Source of the DNA: an uncultured Gammaproteobacteria bacterium | GTDB lineage: Bacteria > Patescibacteriota > Microgenomatia > Levybacterales > GWA1-39-11 | NCBI GenBank assembly: GCA_964452165.1 | Contig: CAYVKP010000001.1 | Location: 140,110 to 204,109 of the forward strand | Length of the DNA stretch: 64,000 bases | Direction: 5' to 3' | Shown here: positions 28,035-37,493 of the stretch, in pieces | Position numbering within the stretch: the stretch's first letter is position 1 | Layout of the letters: each line of letters begins with the position of its first letter | The notes under the pieces: generated by a model | The model's database searches: none | What the model was told of the DNA's origin: nothing | Seen by the model: the letters and a program-made list of their open reading frames with translations, nothing else | Program-made: the position numbers and the translations under genes

Positions 28035-29471
28035 TTACAGGAGAAACAACAAAGCGCTTCCTGCCAAAATCAAAACAGCTGAAATAACAGTAAGTGCTAT
28101 CGAAGAATTGCTTCCTGTTGGAGGTGGAGTTACAACGACGGGTTTTTCAGTTGGAATGGCGGTAGGAATCATCGTCGCCGTCGGCACAATTGTTGGAGTT
28201 GCCGTAAGAATTGGTGTAGAGCTTGCTGTAGGCGTTGTTGTTATGGTTGGCGTTATGCTTGTTACAGTCGTGGTGGGAGTGATAGTCACGCCGGTCGGCA
28301 CAATTGTTGGAGTTGCCGTCGGGGCGATAGTAGGAGTAGCTGTTACGATTGGTGTTGCTGATGGTGTTGCTGATTGGGCTACTTGAGATCCGGCTGAAAA
28401 AACCGTAAAGCTGGCAGCAAGCGATTTAGTTATACCCGTCTTATCAACTGTCTGAATAGTTATTTTATGTTGACCCGAGGGAATGGCTGATGTCGGACGA
28501 TACGACCAAATACCATTGTTATCGGATTTCACAATGATGCTGGGAGGAGCTCCTTGGATAACTATTTTAACGTTTTGATTTGGTAAAGCCGTACCTCTAA
28601 ATAAAGGTTGTGCATCAATAAAAGACTCCGAAGGTTTTGGGCTCAATATACTAATTGCTCCGCCTACCTGTTTGATAATAGGAGCTTTAAGCTGAGAAGA
28701 AGTATTGTTTGTTTCGACTTGCTGGCTTACATTTGTAAAATCGTAGTTTGTCTCAAGAGTAATTGGTGGTATTGAAGCAGCATTTTTGAATAAAACCTTC
28801 AGCCCGGTTTTCATATCCGCTCTCGCCACAGTTAGTGATATTTCGCTGTCTTGTGGGATTGTGAAATATTTATCCAGGGTTGAGGTTCTGATTGAATTAG
28901 TCGGGATTATAAAATCTCCTGTACTTTTTGTAAGCGTAGTTATATTCTGTGCTCCCGCAAGGTGGAGCTCAACAATGGTATCAGCAGAAGATCCTCCCTG
29001 AGGAAGTAAAATTTTCCCGACGATTGGGTTTTGAGTTGGGGGGGGAGATGTAATTTTATCCCCCGTCGTTACAGTATATTTATCTCCATTGTTAAGAAAT
29101 GTTTGTCCATCAGAGAGAACAGAAAATCTATAGTTAGTTTTTGGGGAAAGATCAGAAACGGTTATATAGTGTGAGAAAAATGGACTTTGTTCTCCACCTG
29201 ATTTATTTCTTTGGTCATATGCAACAAATGGGGCTCCCGCTCCTTCAACTGAGACCCCTGCTACGGTTTGGGAGGTGGTTGTGAAGTTGACAGTGAATGA
29301 GTTCTCGGTAACATTTGAGATAACTACGTTTTGAGGAGTTTTATCGGGAGACGCGCGGCTGACAAAAATTACGCCTTTCTGAATAAAAAATGACGTAACC
29401 CAAATTGCTAGAAAAAGGAAGATGAGCGCAGCACCCGTAGGGATTCTATGATTCCATAATCTTTTCTCCAT
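28035..29471 (-). CDS. Cell-surface protein with N-terminal anchor, FN3/Ig-like domains, Thr/Pro-rich linker and a C-terminal PPTGS+TM tail
   Basis: N-terminal TM; FN3-like VVISNVTENSFTVNFTT...YRFSV; long (T/P/A/I)-rich linker encoded by near-tandem nucleotide repeats (28184-28319); C-terminus VTPPPTGSNSSIALTVISAVLILAGSALLFLL. Confidence 0.5.
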   Translation of the reverse strand: MEKRLWNHRIPTGAALIFLFLAIWVTSFFIQKGVIFVSRASPDKTPQNVVISNVTENSFTVNFTTTSQTVAGVSVEGAGAPFVAYDQRNKSGGEQSPFFSHYITVSDLSPKTNYRFSVLSDGQTFLNNGDKYTVTTGDKITSPPPTQNPIVGKILLPQGGSSADTIVELHLAGAQNITTLTKSTGDFIIPTNSIRTSTLDKYFTIPQDSEISLTVARADMKTGLKVLFKNAASIPPITLETNYDFTNVSQQVETNNTSSQLKAPIIKQVGGAISILSPKPSESFIDAQPLFRGTALPNQNVKIVIQGAPPSIIVKSDNNGIWSYRPTSAIPSGQHKITIQTVDKTGITKSLAASFTVFSAGSQVAQSATPSATPIVTATPTIAPTATPTIVPTGVTITPTTTVTSITPTITTTPTASSTPILTATPTIVPTATMIPTAIPTEKPVVVTPPPTGSNSSIALTVISAVLILAGSALLFLL

Positions 29472-29473
29472 AT

Positions 29474-29794
29474 TTATAAATTCGTAATTTGCCCAGCGTC
29501 ACTCGCGGATCCGGCGGATCCGGTTGCTGGAGTTATTTTTGTTTCTCCGGGAGTTATTGAAATATTAACTCGATCTTTGCTCAAATCTACTTCAACTTGA
29601 TTTTTTTCCTTCAATTTATCAAGTGTCTGGGTATCAAATTTTGCAGGAATCGGAGTTATCCCGATACTCGTGTCCTGTGTTATCGTTGAGGTTGTATAGC
29701 TATGGTAAACCGAGAAAATTATCCACGATACAACGACAACTGTAGTCAAAGCAACAATATATAGTAGTCCCTTTATCATGTTATTTTTTTGCAA
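29474..29794 (-). CDS. Small membrane-anchored protein (possible pilus assembly accessory, PilP-like position)
   Basis: 106 aa; N-terminal TM; gene position after the PilN/PilO-like genes. Confidence 0.3.
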   Translation of the reverse strand: MQKNNMIKGLLYIVALTTVVVVSWIIFSVYHSYTTSTITQDTSIGITPIPAKFDTQTLDKLKEKNQVEVDLSKDRVNISITPGETKITPATGSAGSASDAGQITNL

Positions 29795-30392
29795 AATACG
29801 CGCGCCCCGTTATTTGCGCCGTGTATTTTTTCTCATCATTCTGACCGGTTGCAACGCGATCTATGCCGATTATTCTATCAAAGTTAATAAGACTTGCCAT
29901 AAAATTATTAACCGTTATTTGGTCACCTTGAACGCTTACAGTAAATGCGAAAGAGTATATGTTTCCATTTTTAATGTTGGGATAAATTTCTACGTTTCCC
30001 ACTGTTAATTTCGTCAGTGTTACATCGCTATCGCTTGCAATATCTTCTATTTGTCGAGTTAATTTTGGTATCTTGGTAGTTTGAGGTATCGCATTGTAAG
30101 CTCCATCAATATCACTTTTTAGATCTTTATATTGTTCGTCAAGGGAAGCAAGATCTAAAAGTTTTTTATTCAAACCATCTAGGATCAATTTATTGTCATC
30201 GTATTGTTTATTGAGATTTGAAATTGTTGATAACGTTGGGCTAATTGCAAAGAGACCAAAGAATGATACGGTTATGAGTGTCAATACAATATAGACATAA
30301 CCAACAACTTGTTTTCTTTGTTTGTCGTTAATAGTAACGAATTCTTTTTGAAAATATTTTTTGAAAATTCCGGTTATGCCTGATAACTTCAT
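29781..30392 (-). CDS. PilO-like type IV pilus assembly protein
   Basis: 203 aa; short cytoplasmic N-terminus, one TM, coiled-coil segment then periplasmic domain. Assigned by architecture and its position after the PilN-like gene. Confidence 0.4.
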   Translation of the reverse strand: MKLSGITGIFKKYFQKEFVTINDKQRKQVVGYVYIVLTLITVSFFGLFAISPTLSTISNLNKQYDDNKLILDGLNKKLLDLASLDEQYKDLKSDIDGAYNAIPQTTKIPKLTRQIEDIASDSDVTLTKLTVGNVEIYPNIKNGNIYSFAFTVSVQGDQITVNNFMASLINFDRIIGIDRVATGQNDEKKYTAQITGRAYFAKK

Positions 30393-30934
30393 TATTTTTG
30401 CTCCTTCAACTCTATAGTCATCTTAAATTGAATTCCAAGACTCGTGCTTGAGACATCATCAAGGCTTATAGAAGTTATATTGGGATTTTGTTTTAAGCTT
30501 TCTACGAAATCATTAATTGGGAACACGGAAAATGCAACACCATTTATACTTATAGAGTTCTCATTGACCGTGAGATTGGTTGAAGAAAATGAACCGGTTG
30601 AAATAGATGTTAGTATTTGGTTCATTATTGAAATCTTGTTTTGTGTCTGTTGGTCAATTTTTTTGGCGTTTGTAAGTCTTGCCTGTATGCTTCTGTAATC
30701 GGCTTCTTTTGCGGCTTGTGCCTGGACAAAAAGATTCCTTGTTTTTATCTGGTCGTGAAGATCAATAATTTTTCTATCTAAGGAAAATCTGTAAACGAGT
30801 GCGCCAACAGCAATAAGTTCGGTTACGACAATTATTATCCTACCAAGATTCTTCGCCCATTTTAGAATATCTTCCTGTAGGGATCCTTCTTGCTTACCAC
30901 TAAGATTAATTCTCACGTGTGGAGAGTTAGCCAT
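30392..30934 (-). CDS. PilN-like type IV pilus assembly protein
   Basis: 180 aa; N-terminal VRINLSGK resembles the PilN INLLP motif; single TM then coiled coil. Confidence 0.45.
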   Translation of the reverse strand: MANSPHVRINLSGKQEGSLQEDILKWAKNLGRIIIVVTELIAVGALVYRFSLDRKIIDLHDQIKTRNLFVQAQAAKEADYRSIQARLTNAKKIDQQTQNKISIMNQILTSISTGSFSSTNLTVNENSISINGVAFSVFPINDFVESLKQNPNITSISLDDVSSTSLGIQFKMTIELKEQK

Positions 30935-31007
30935 GAATTTAGTTTAGAGAGTTTATACCGTTTTGTCAAAGCAAAAATAGGCTTAGATTCGAAGTCTCTT
31001 CAGGGGA

Positions 31008-31337
31008 TTATTTTTTGGCTGGTTTTGCTGATTTTTTAGCTTGAGGTTTTGTCGTTTTTACTCCCTGAATTTTCGCAGGAGATTTGGCCGGTGATTTTCC
31101 CGCTGGCTTTGATAATTTTGACAAAGATGATTTAATTCTTGCAGCACGATTTTGGTGCATAACACCTTTTTTTACGGCTTTATCCACAGATGAGATAGCG
31201 GCGGTGACTGCCTTTGCGCTTTTTTGTTTTTTTGCAGCACGCAGAGCATTATCAAGTTGTTTTCGGAAATCATCGTTTCTTTTTGTACGATTTTTATCCT
31301 TTCGCAACTTCTTAATTGCTGATTTTATAACTGGCAT
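31008..31337 (-). CDS. rpsT: 30S ribosomal protein bS20 with Lys/Ser/Pro-rich C-terminal extension
   Basis: N-terminal KSAIKKLRKDKNRTKRN and ...GVMHQNRAARIKSSLSKL match bS20. The tail PAGKSPAKSPAKIQGVKTTKPQAKKSAKPAKK is an added SPKK-like basic segment. Confidence 0.8.
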   Translation of the reverse strand: MPVIKSAIKKLRKDKNRTKRNDDFRKQLDNALRAAKKQKSAKAVTAAISSVDKAVKKGVMHQNRAARIKSSLSKLSKPAGKSPAKSPAKIQGVKTTKPQAKKSAKPAKK

Positions 31338-31378
31338 GGGGGAATTTTAGCATGTTATACTAGAAAAAACAATAAAAT

Positions 31379-33034
31379 ATGGTTCGAGATATTCTCAAAA
31401 AAGGCATCGGAGCATTCGTCTCACGACAGACAAATATTTTCACGGCGGCAACTTTTATAATACTCACGACCATTTTATCCCAAATCCTCGGAGTCTTAAA
31501 ATACAGGCTTTTAGTCTCGCTTTTTGGAGCATCAAGCGACCTTGGAGTATTCTTGGCGGCCTTTAGAATTCCCGATTTTATTTTCCAAGTTGTTATAGCG
31601 GGAGCCTTATCTGCATCTTTCATTCCGATTTTTACCGAGTATTTGACGAAAAATAAAAAAAAGGAAGCCTTTGAATTTTCATCGGCGCTTACCACAATTG
31701 GCTTGATATTTTTTATCGTTGTTTCAGCGATAATAATCGTTTTTTCATATCAATTATCATCTCTCATCGCTCCAGGATTTTCCCACAGGGAGTTGGTTTT
31801 GATGTCAAATCTTATGATAATAATACAACTGGCACAGGTATTTTTTATTCTCGGGACGGTTTTTACCGCTGTTCTTCAATCTTTGCAGCATTTTTTAATT
31901 CCCGGAATTGCCACTGCTTTTTACAACTTTGGAATAATTCTAGGACTCATAATTTTTTCTCACTTCCTTGGATTTGGGATATATGGTGGAACCTTAGGAG
32001 TTGTAATAGGATCTCTTCTCTTCTGCGTAGTTCAGATCCCTCTTCTTTTTTCAGCAGGGTTTAAGTTTGTGGCGTCATTTAATTTGAAAAACGGGGTATA
32101 TAAGCTTTTTACTCTAATGGTTCCGCGTTCAATAACACTAATCGTTTCTCAGGTTTCCGCAACGGCAAATGTTTTTTTCGCTTCTTTTATCTCCGCCCGC
32201 TCTCTGGTCGTTTTTGATCTTGCTCAAACCCTTGCCATGGCACCGGTTTTGCTTATTGGTCAGTCAATTGCCCAGGCATCTTTTCCTGCGTTGTCAATGA
32301 AACAAGGGGATGAGCGCGAATTTGTGGCAATTTTTAAGACTTCTTTTAATCAGATTGTCTATTTAACTCTCCCACTTGCGGCAATCTTAATTGTTCTGAG
32401 AATTCCATTGGTCCGCTTATTTTACGGAGCATCGCGTTTTGATTGGAATGCAACCGTTGAAACAGGCCTAACGCTGGCTTTATTTTCAATCTCAATTGTT
32501 GCAAACGGACTTACCTATCTTCTTTATCGCGCATTTTATGCATACCGAGATTCAAAAACTCCACTGTATGTTGCAATAGGAACCGTGATTCTTAATATTT
32601 TATTCTCATACATCTTTGTGCTAGTTTATCATTTTCCAATTTACTCACTTGCTTTTTCGTTCTCGATTACGTCAATTCTCGGGGTCATTATCTTGACGTG
32701 GCTTCTTAATAAAAAAGTTAATCTTCCAAAATTTGACCTTGCACTAAGTTTCACAAAAATATTTATTTCAACAATTGTTATGGGAGTAGCGCTTTACGTT
32801 CCCATAAAACTTCTGGATCAGCTCGTTTTTGATACCACAAGAACATTTAACCTTTTGGTTTTGACAAGTATTGCATCTTTGTTTGGACTTGTTGCCTATC
32901 TTTTCCTGACGTGGCTTTTTGATATTCAGGAGGCGTATTATGTTATGGAAGTTCTTAAGAAGTTTAAATCACGCCAAAAAATCCTTGCGCAAATAGAAGA
33001 AATTTTTGACGGTGGGCCAAAACTCAATCCTTAA
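31379..33034 (+). CDS. murJ: Lipid II flippase MurJ/MviN
   Basis: 551 aa, 14-TM pattern; N-terminal ...LLVSLFGASSDLGVFLAAFRIPDFIFQVVIAGALSASFIPIF typical of MurJ. Confidence 0.8.
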   Translation: MVRDILKKGIGAFVSRQTNIFTAATFIILTTILSQILGVLKYRLLVSLFGASSDLGVFLAAFRIPDFIFQVVIAGALSASFIPIFTEYLTKNKKKEAFEFSSALTTIGLIFFIVVSAIIIVFSYQLSSLIAPGFSHRELVLMSNLMIIIQLAQVFFILGTVFTAVLQSLQHFLIPGIATAFYNFGIILGLIIFSHFLGFGIYGGTLGVVIGSLLFCVVQIPLLFSAGFKFVASFNLKNGVYKLFTLMVPRSITLIVSQVSATANVFFASFISARSLVVFDLAQTLAMAPVLLIGQSIAQASFPALSMKQGDEREFVAIFKTSFNQIVYLTLPLAAILIVLRIPLVRLFYGASRFDWNATVETGLTLALFSISIVANGLTYLLYRAFYAYRDSKTPLYVAIGTVILNILFSYIFVLVYHFPIYSLAFSFSITSILGVIILTWLLNKKVNLPKFDLALSFTKIFISTIVMGVALYVPIKLLDQLVFDTTRTFNLLVLTSIASLFGLVAYLFLTWLFDIQEAYYVMEVLKKFKSRQKILAQIEEIFDGGPKLNP

Positions 33035-33043
33035 CTCAGTCTA

Positions 33044-34144
33044 ATGGCAGGCAGAAAAATAACTTACGGAAATGTAGGGGAAAACTACGAAAAAAAAGAC
33101 CCCATTAAAAAACTGGCTCAAACCCAAGCAACTCTTACTTCAAAAAACCTTTATCCATTCAAAGAACTATCAGGAACGCGGGGAGAATCTGCGTATGTTT
33201 GGAAACAAGGAAATATTTATATGGCGTCAGTTGTTGAAGGACTTGGAACAAAGAATTTAGTAGCCGATGAGATGGATAGATTGACTGGAAAGGATTACTA
33301 CGAAAACATAGCCCATGACACTGTGGCAACCATAGTAAATGACTTGGTTACAACCGGAGCAAAGCCTCTTGTATTGCATGCTTTTTGGGCGGTAGGAGAT
33401 GTTGAATGGATAGGTAATGAGAAAAGAATTAAAAATTTAATAGCTGGTTGGAAAAAGGCTTGCGACGTCTCAATGGTTTCCTGGGGAGGAGGAGAATCTG
33501 CAACGTCAAGAAAGTTAGTATATCCAAATGCCATCGTGCTAGGAGGGTCATGCGTTGGAATAATAGGGAGCGGGAAAAGATTGGTATCTGAAAAAAAATT
33601 AAAAGCAGGAGACGCGATCATTCTCTTGAAAAGTACAGGACCGAATGCTAATGGTATCTCGCTAATTCGTGCAGTTTCTAAAAAGCTTAAGAAAGGCTAT
33701 TTAACAAAACTTAAAGATGGGCGAACTTTTGGAGATGCGGTTTTGGCCAAAACTAACATCTATGCAAAACTTATTAAGGATCTCCTGGAACTAAAGGTTG
33801 ATGTCCATTATGTATCTAACATAACCGGGCATGGATTTAGAAAAATCATGCGCGCAAATAAAGACTTTAGATATGTAATTGAAAAAATTCCCGAGAAACA
33901 GGAAATATACGATTTGATACAGGCAAGTGCCAACTTATCTGATAAGGAAATGTACGGAACTTTTAATATGGGGGCGGATTTCGCGATTTTTGTTCCGCAA
34001 AAAGATGTTAAAAAAACACTTGCCATTATTCGCAAAAATAAATACGAGGGAATAGATGCTGGAGTTGTTGAAAAAGGGAAAAGACAGGTTGTGATAAAGG
34101 CCAAGAATATTGTGTATGCAGGTGACTCTTTGAATTTAAGATAA
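33044..34144 (+). CDS. purM: Phosphoribosylformylglycinamidine cyclo-ligase (AIR synthetase)
   Basis: Aligns along its length with E. coli PurM: VVEGLGTKNLVADEM ~ GTDGVGTKLRLA; VNDLVTTGAKPL ~ VNDLVVQGAEPL; WGGGESA ~ GGETAEM; KSTGPNANGISL ~ GSSGPHSNGYSL; ITGHGF ~ LTGGGF; MYGTFNMG ~ MYRTFNCG. Confidence 0.8.
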   Translation: MAGRKITYGNVGENYEKKDPIKKLAQTQATLTSKNLYPFKELSGTRGESAYVWKQGNIYMASVVEGLGTKNLVADEMDRLTGKDYYENIAHDTVATIVNDLVTTGAKPLVLHAFWAVGDVEWIGNEKRIKNLIAGWKKACDVSMVSWGGGESATSRKLVYPNAIVLGGSCVGIIGSGKRLVSEKKLKAGDAIILLKSTGPNANGISLIRAVSKKLKKGYLTKLKDGRTFGDAVLAKTNIYAKLIKDLLELKVDVHYVSNITGHGFRKIMRANKDFRYVIEKIPEKQEIYDLIQASANLSDKEMYGTFNMGADFAIFVPQKDVKKTLAIIRKNKYEGIDAGVVEKGKRQVVIKAKNIVYAGDSLNLR

Positions 34145-34843
34145 ATGGTTCGAGAAAGAACAATAACAGCAGAACAGGGAGAAATTCCCAGAAATTTTAA
34201 AATTGCCGTTATGGTTAACCCCGGAAGCTCTGCTTCAAATCTGGGCGCAATTCTCGATGCTCAAAAAGATCCTGATTTTTATGGGCGAGTTGGACTTGTA
34301 GTTGCATCATCAATTGACGCACAGGGTTTACAAATAGCAAGAGATCGGGGGATTACTGCCCTAACTTTGCCATATGATAAACCGGAAAGTATGACGGGTC
34401 AAGAGTATAGAAAAATATATAGCTCACGCGCTGGACAAATTATGAAAGCAGCAAATGTGGATTTGGCTGTAATGGTTGGGTTTGACAGAATCCTAACGCA
34501 GGAATATTTTGACGAGTTCGGAGGCCCGACCACCAATACTCATCCGGGCGCAGTACCTGATGAAATAGATAAGCCTTATTTTTTTGAGGACGGAACGGAG
34601 GCGCCGTGGAATAGAAGAATGCAAGGAACAGCAGCTGTTGCCAATTTTCTACCACTCAAATACGCGACGTCAACAATTCATATCGCAACGGTGGTTGCTG
34701 ATTTCGGCCCTATCTTAAAAAGAGTTTTTGCAGAAGTTATCCCGGGTGATACGGAAGATACTTTGTATGAAAGATTAAAAAAGGCTGAGCACGAAGGAAT
34801 AATTGAAGTCCTAAAAAACCCACCAATAACAAACCGTACTTGA
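34145..34843 (+). CDS. purN: Phosphoribosylglycinamide formyltransferase-like (formyl_trans_N family)
   Basis: KIAVMVNPGSSASNLGAILDA (compare ISGNGSNLQAIIDA); NTHPGAVP (compare NIHPSLLP); IHIATVVADFGPIL (compare VHFVTDELDGGPVI). Confidence 0.65.
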   Translation: MVRERTITAEQGEIPRNFKIAVMVNPGSSASNLGAILDAQKDPDFYGRVGLVVASSIDAQGLQIARDRGITALTLPYDKPESMTGQEYRKIYSSRAGQIMKAANVDLAVMVGFDRILTQEYFDEFGGPTTNTHPGAVPDEIDKPYFFEDGTEAPWNRRMQGTAAVANFLPLKYATSTIHIATVVADFGPILKRVFAEVIPGDTEDTLYERLKKAEHEGIIEVLKNPPITNRT

Positions 34844-34873
34844 TTTTAAAAAAATCAATTGTAGAATTGCGTT

Positions 34874-35452
34874 ATGGTAAGACAACCCATGGGATCATTC
34901 CGAAGAGTTCTTCAATTGGCAGGTAGAGTTGCCAATGAGTCGGAAGGAAGACCTTTTGAAATTCAAAAATCTTTTACAGCCGTTGATCTAGGATTTGCGT
35001 TGGGGATGGACATCATGAGGATTGCCGATACAACAAAAAGAAATGCTGAGGCTCATTCTCTTGATATGGACTTGACAGGATTTAATGTCAGCCCACATTG
35101 CAATAGAGACATTCATGATAGGTTGAAGACTGTGGGTATGTTTTTGCCCGAAGCTTTCAACGCCGGATATACGGGATATGTTTTGCGGGAGAAAAGTGGA
35201 AGCGTTATTAGAGAAGCTGCCGCTTTGGTTTATAAAGATGGCAGCTTAGCTGCTCAACTTAGCGGCCTCTTAGAAGCGGATCGCAATAGAACTATATCAG
35301 AGCGAATGGATATGAGCAGAGCCTTGATAAGAGGAATGGGAGATGAAGCAGTACGAATAACTTTAGAAAGAGGGAATGTTGTTGAAGAGCAAATTCCTAA
35401 GCATATTCGCGAAGGAGAACAATATAAACCCAGTACAAAAGAAAGAGAATAG
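34874..35452 (+). CDS. Hypothetical protein (atypical Arg/Glu-rich composition)
   Basis: 192 aa ORF with no recognisable motif; GC content visibly higher than the local norm. Confidence 0.4.
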   Translation: MVRQPMGSFRRVLQLAGRVANESEGRPFEIQKSFTAVDLGFALGMDIMRIADTTKRNAEAHSLDMDLTGFNVSPHCNRDIHDRLKTVGMFLPEAFNAGYTGYVLREKSGSVIREAAALVYKDGSLAAQLSGLLEADRNRTISERMDMSRALIRGMGDEAVRITLERGNVVEEQIPKHIREGEQYKPSTKERE

Positions 35453-35479
35453 TCTTCGGATTCTGATATAATTCTCCTC

Positions 35480-36223
35480 ATGAACAGCCTAGAATCTCCT
35501 CCTGCAGGATCCTTTTGGAGAATGGCAGGCGATGAGTCCCGAAAGGATTTTGAAAGCCTAAGACCAACAGATTGGTGGATAGTAACAGGCGGCCCCTCAA
35601 CGGGTAAAACTACACTTTTGGATTTTCTAGCTCAGCAAGGTTTTAAAACGATGCCTGAGGCCGCAAGAGTTTACATAGATCAAGAAATTGATAAGGGTAG
35701 AACCATTGAGCAAATTAGGTCAAGTGAACGAAATTTCCAGGAGGAAGTTTTGGGTATGAAATATAGAGCTGAGGATCAAGCGCCTGAAAGTGAATTAATT
35801 TTGTGGGACAGGGGAGCCGATGGAGATTCTATCGCCTACATTAAAACGAAAAAGATCATGATGACAGAACGATCTTATCAAAATTATGACCATCATCTGG
35901 GTGAAGGTGGAATAATGGTTGTATTCAAGCGGCGTTATAAAGGAGTTTTCCTATTGGATAGATTATCTTCTTACGAAACTGATTATGCGAGGGTTGAGAA
36001 TGAAGGAAGGGCAGCAGAAATTCAGGAAGATCTCCGTGAAGCATACGGAATGATAGGATACCAACCTATAAAAGTGCCCGTTTTTTCTTCTAACCCTTTG
36101 GTATCAGTCGAGGCCCGAGCGCAGTTTATCGTAGATCATATGAGAAGCGTTGATCCGAATGTTCCCCAGTTAAGACTAAATCCCAACCGCCCCCAACAAC
36201 CTGGATTACCGATTAAATTTTAG
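35480..36223 (+). CDS. P-loop ATPase/kinase of the AAA_28 (NadR ribosylnicotinamide-kinase-like) family
   Basis: WIVTGGPSTGKTTLLDFLAQ Walker A in AAA_28 context (compare the NadR kinase domain GGESSGKSTL); about 180 aa core plus a Pro-rich tail. Confidence 0.5.
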   Translation: MNSLESPPAGSFWRMAGDESRKDFESLRPTDWWIVTGGPSTGKTTLLDFLAQQGFKTMPEAARVYIDQEIDKGRTIEQIRSSERNFQEEVLGMKYRAEDQAPESELILWDRGADGDSIAYIKTKKIMMTERSYQNYDHHLGEGGIMVVFKRRYKGVFLLDRLSSYETDYARVENEGRAAEIQEDLREAYGMIGYQPIKVPVFSSNPLVSVEARAQFIVDHMRSVDPNVPQLRLNPNRPQQPGLPIKF

Positions 36224-37431
36224 TCTGTTCTAAAAGTACCCTCTACAAGTCTTTTGACTAAAACTTTTCTTAAATATTTTTGAACTTCCTGGTGGTTGTC
36301 TGGATGCTCAACTCTTTGTCTGATTTCAATTTCACTTACTCCCAGCCCAGCAGCAGAAAGAGTAGGAAACATATTTGCTTCAAGAAAGCGGTCTTGAAGT
36401 TCCGCGTTAAAAACAAAATCTGCTCCTGTCCATGGTGAAGCACATTTCATAGCCACGCCCATAACAGAAGCTTTCGGAATAAGCACTTCAGGTATTTGCG
36501 GATTGTCAGGATCTATTCCATGAGCAGCGGCAACTTCACGATTGATAGGATCTTCAATTCTCTTCCCATTTAATTGAATTGGAATCCCACCTTGGGCGGT
36601 ATTAGAGACAATATATGGAGCATCTTTATAAAAAATGCTGTTGGGATTATAGAAATGTTGATAAGTTGAATCGCTGTTCATATGAAACCTTGGATCATGG
36701 ATTCTTCTAACTCCTTTCTCCTGAGCAGAACGAATGAGAGTACCATAATGAATCTTGCCGTATCCATCAGCCATAATTCTGAAAGACGTGTAATAGTTGC
36801 TTGGTGTTTCAATATAATCTTCAAATCTCCATCCAGTGTCGGGTTCCATTTGAGAGAATCCTTCCCAATCCCAAATGTTACGTTCAATTGCTTCTTTTGC
36901 AGCTAGAATTTTCAACCTTCTCAGGGCAATTTCTGTGCGGTTATTATCTTCAGGGGGAGAAAAAGTAAATTTCCAAGCTATAAACTTTGCGATAGCTTCT
37001 TTATCTTCAAGATAAAGAATAGACTCTCCGCGATCCTCTCTTACATCTTTTGCAACAATTGGGCCAGTATGAGTCAAAAGTTCTTTAAATGAGTATCCTT
37101 GTGGTCTTTCAACTCCAGGCATGGAGCTAAGTATTTCTTCTCTTACAACTTCATTGAATAATTCCTCTCTGGCAAGATAGCCCAAGTCCTGAACACGAGG
37201 TTCGATGGGTTTATTGGGAGCAAGCTGAACTACTTTGAAACCATTTTGTTCAAATTCATCCAAGACATCAACGTCCCAATCATATTTTCTAATATCATTC
37301 CGTGAAATCCCTATATATAAAATGGGGCTATATGCCTTGACGACCTCAGTAGTTGTTGGAATTCTTTGCCCATCTCTTTCTTTTCCTCCTGGAAGAAGTC
37401 TTCTGATAAATGCCATGGGCGGATTATACAA
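36220..37431 (-). CDS. Hypothetical protein (403 aa, atypical composition)
   Basis: Long ORF without recognisable motifs; convergent with the upstream + strand block; Arg/Glu/Asp-rich. Confidence 0.4.
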   Translation of the reverse strand: MYNPPMAFIRRLLPGGKERDGQRIPTTTEVVKAYSPILYIGISRNDIRKYDWDVDVLDEFEQNGFKVVQLAPNKPIEPRVQDLGYLAREELFNEVVREEILSSMPGVERPQGYSFKELLTHTGPIVAKDVREDRGESILYLEDKEAIAKFIAWKFTFSPPEDNNRTEIALRRLKILAAKEAIERNIWDWEGFSQMEPDTGWRFEDYIETPSNYYTSFRIMADGYGKIHYGTLIRSAQEKGVRRIHDPRFHMNSDSTYQHFYNPNSIFYKDAPYIVSNTAQGGIPIQLNGKRIEDPINREVAAAHGIDPDNPQIPEVLIPKASVMGVAMKCASPWTGADFVFNAELQDRFLEANMFPTLSAAGLGVSEIEIRQRVEHPDNHQEVQKYLRKVLVKRLVEGTFRTD

Positions 37432-37493
37432 AATTTTAGGTTCAAAAACAAACTACAGGATATAAATTAAGCTTAGGTATCTGATATAATCTC

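Noticed and set aside
28184-28319. Near-identical 23-nt repeats (ggcacaattgttggagttgccgt) about 113 nt apart
   Set aside because: They lie inside the coding Thr/Pro/Ile/Val-rich linker of the surface protein gene. They are coding tandem repeats, not a CRISPR array or MITE.
31360-31695. 111-aa minus-strand ORF overlapping the start of murJ
   Set aside because: Antisense to the conserved MurJ N-terminus; hydrophobic low-complexity product; likely spurious.
36678-36906. Overlapping short ORFs on both strands inside the 36220..37431 gene
   Set aside because: Embedded in a long intact ORF with no independent support.
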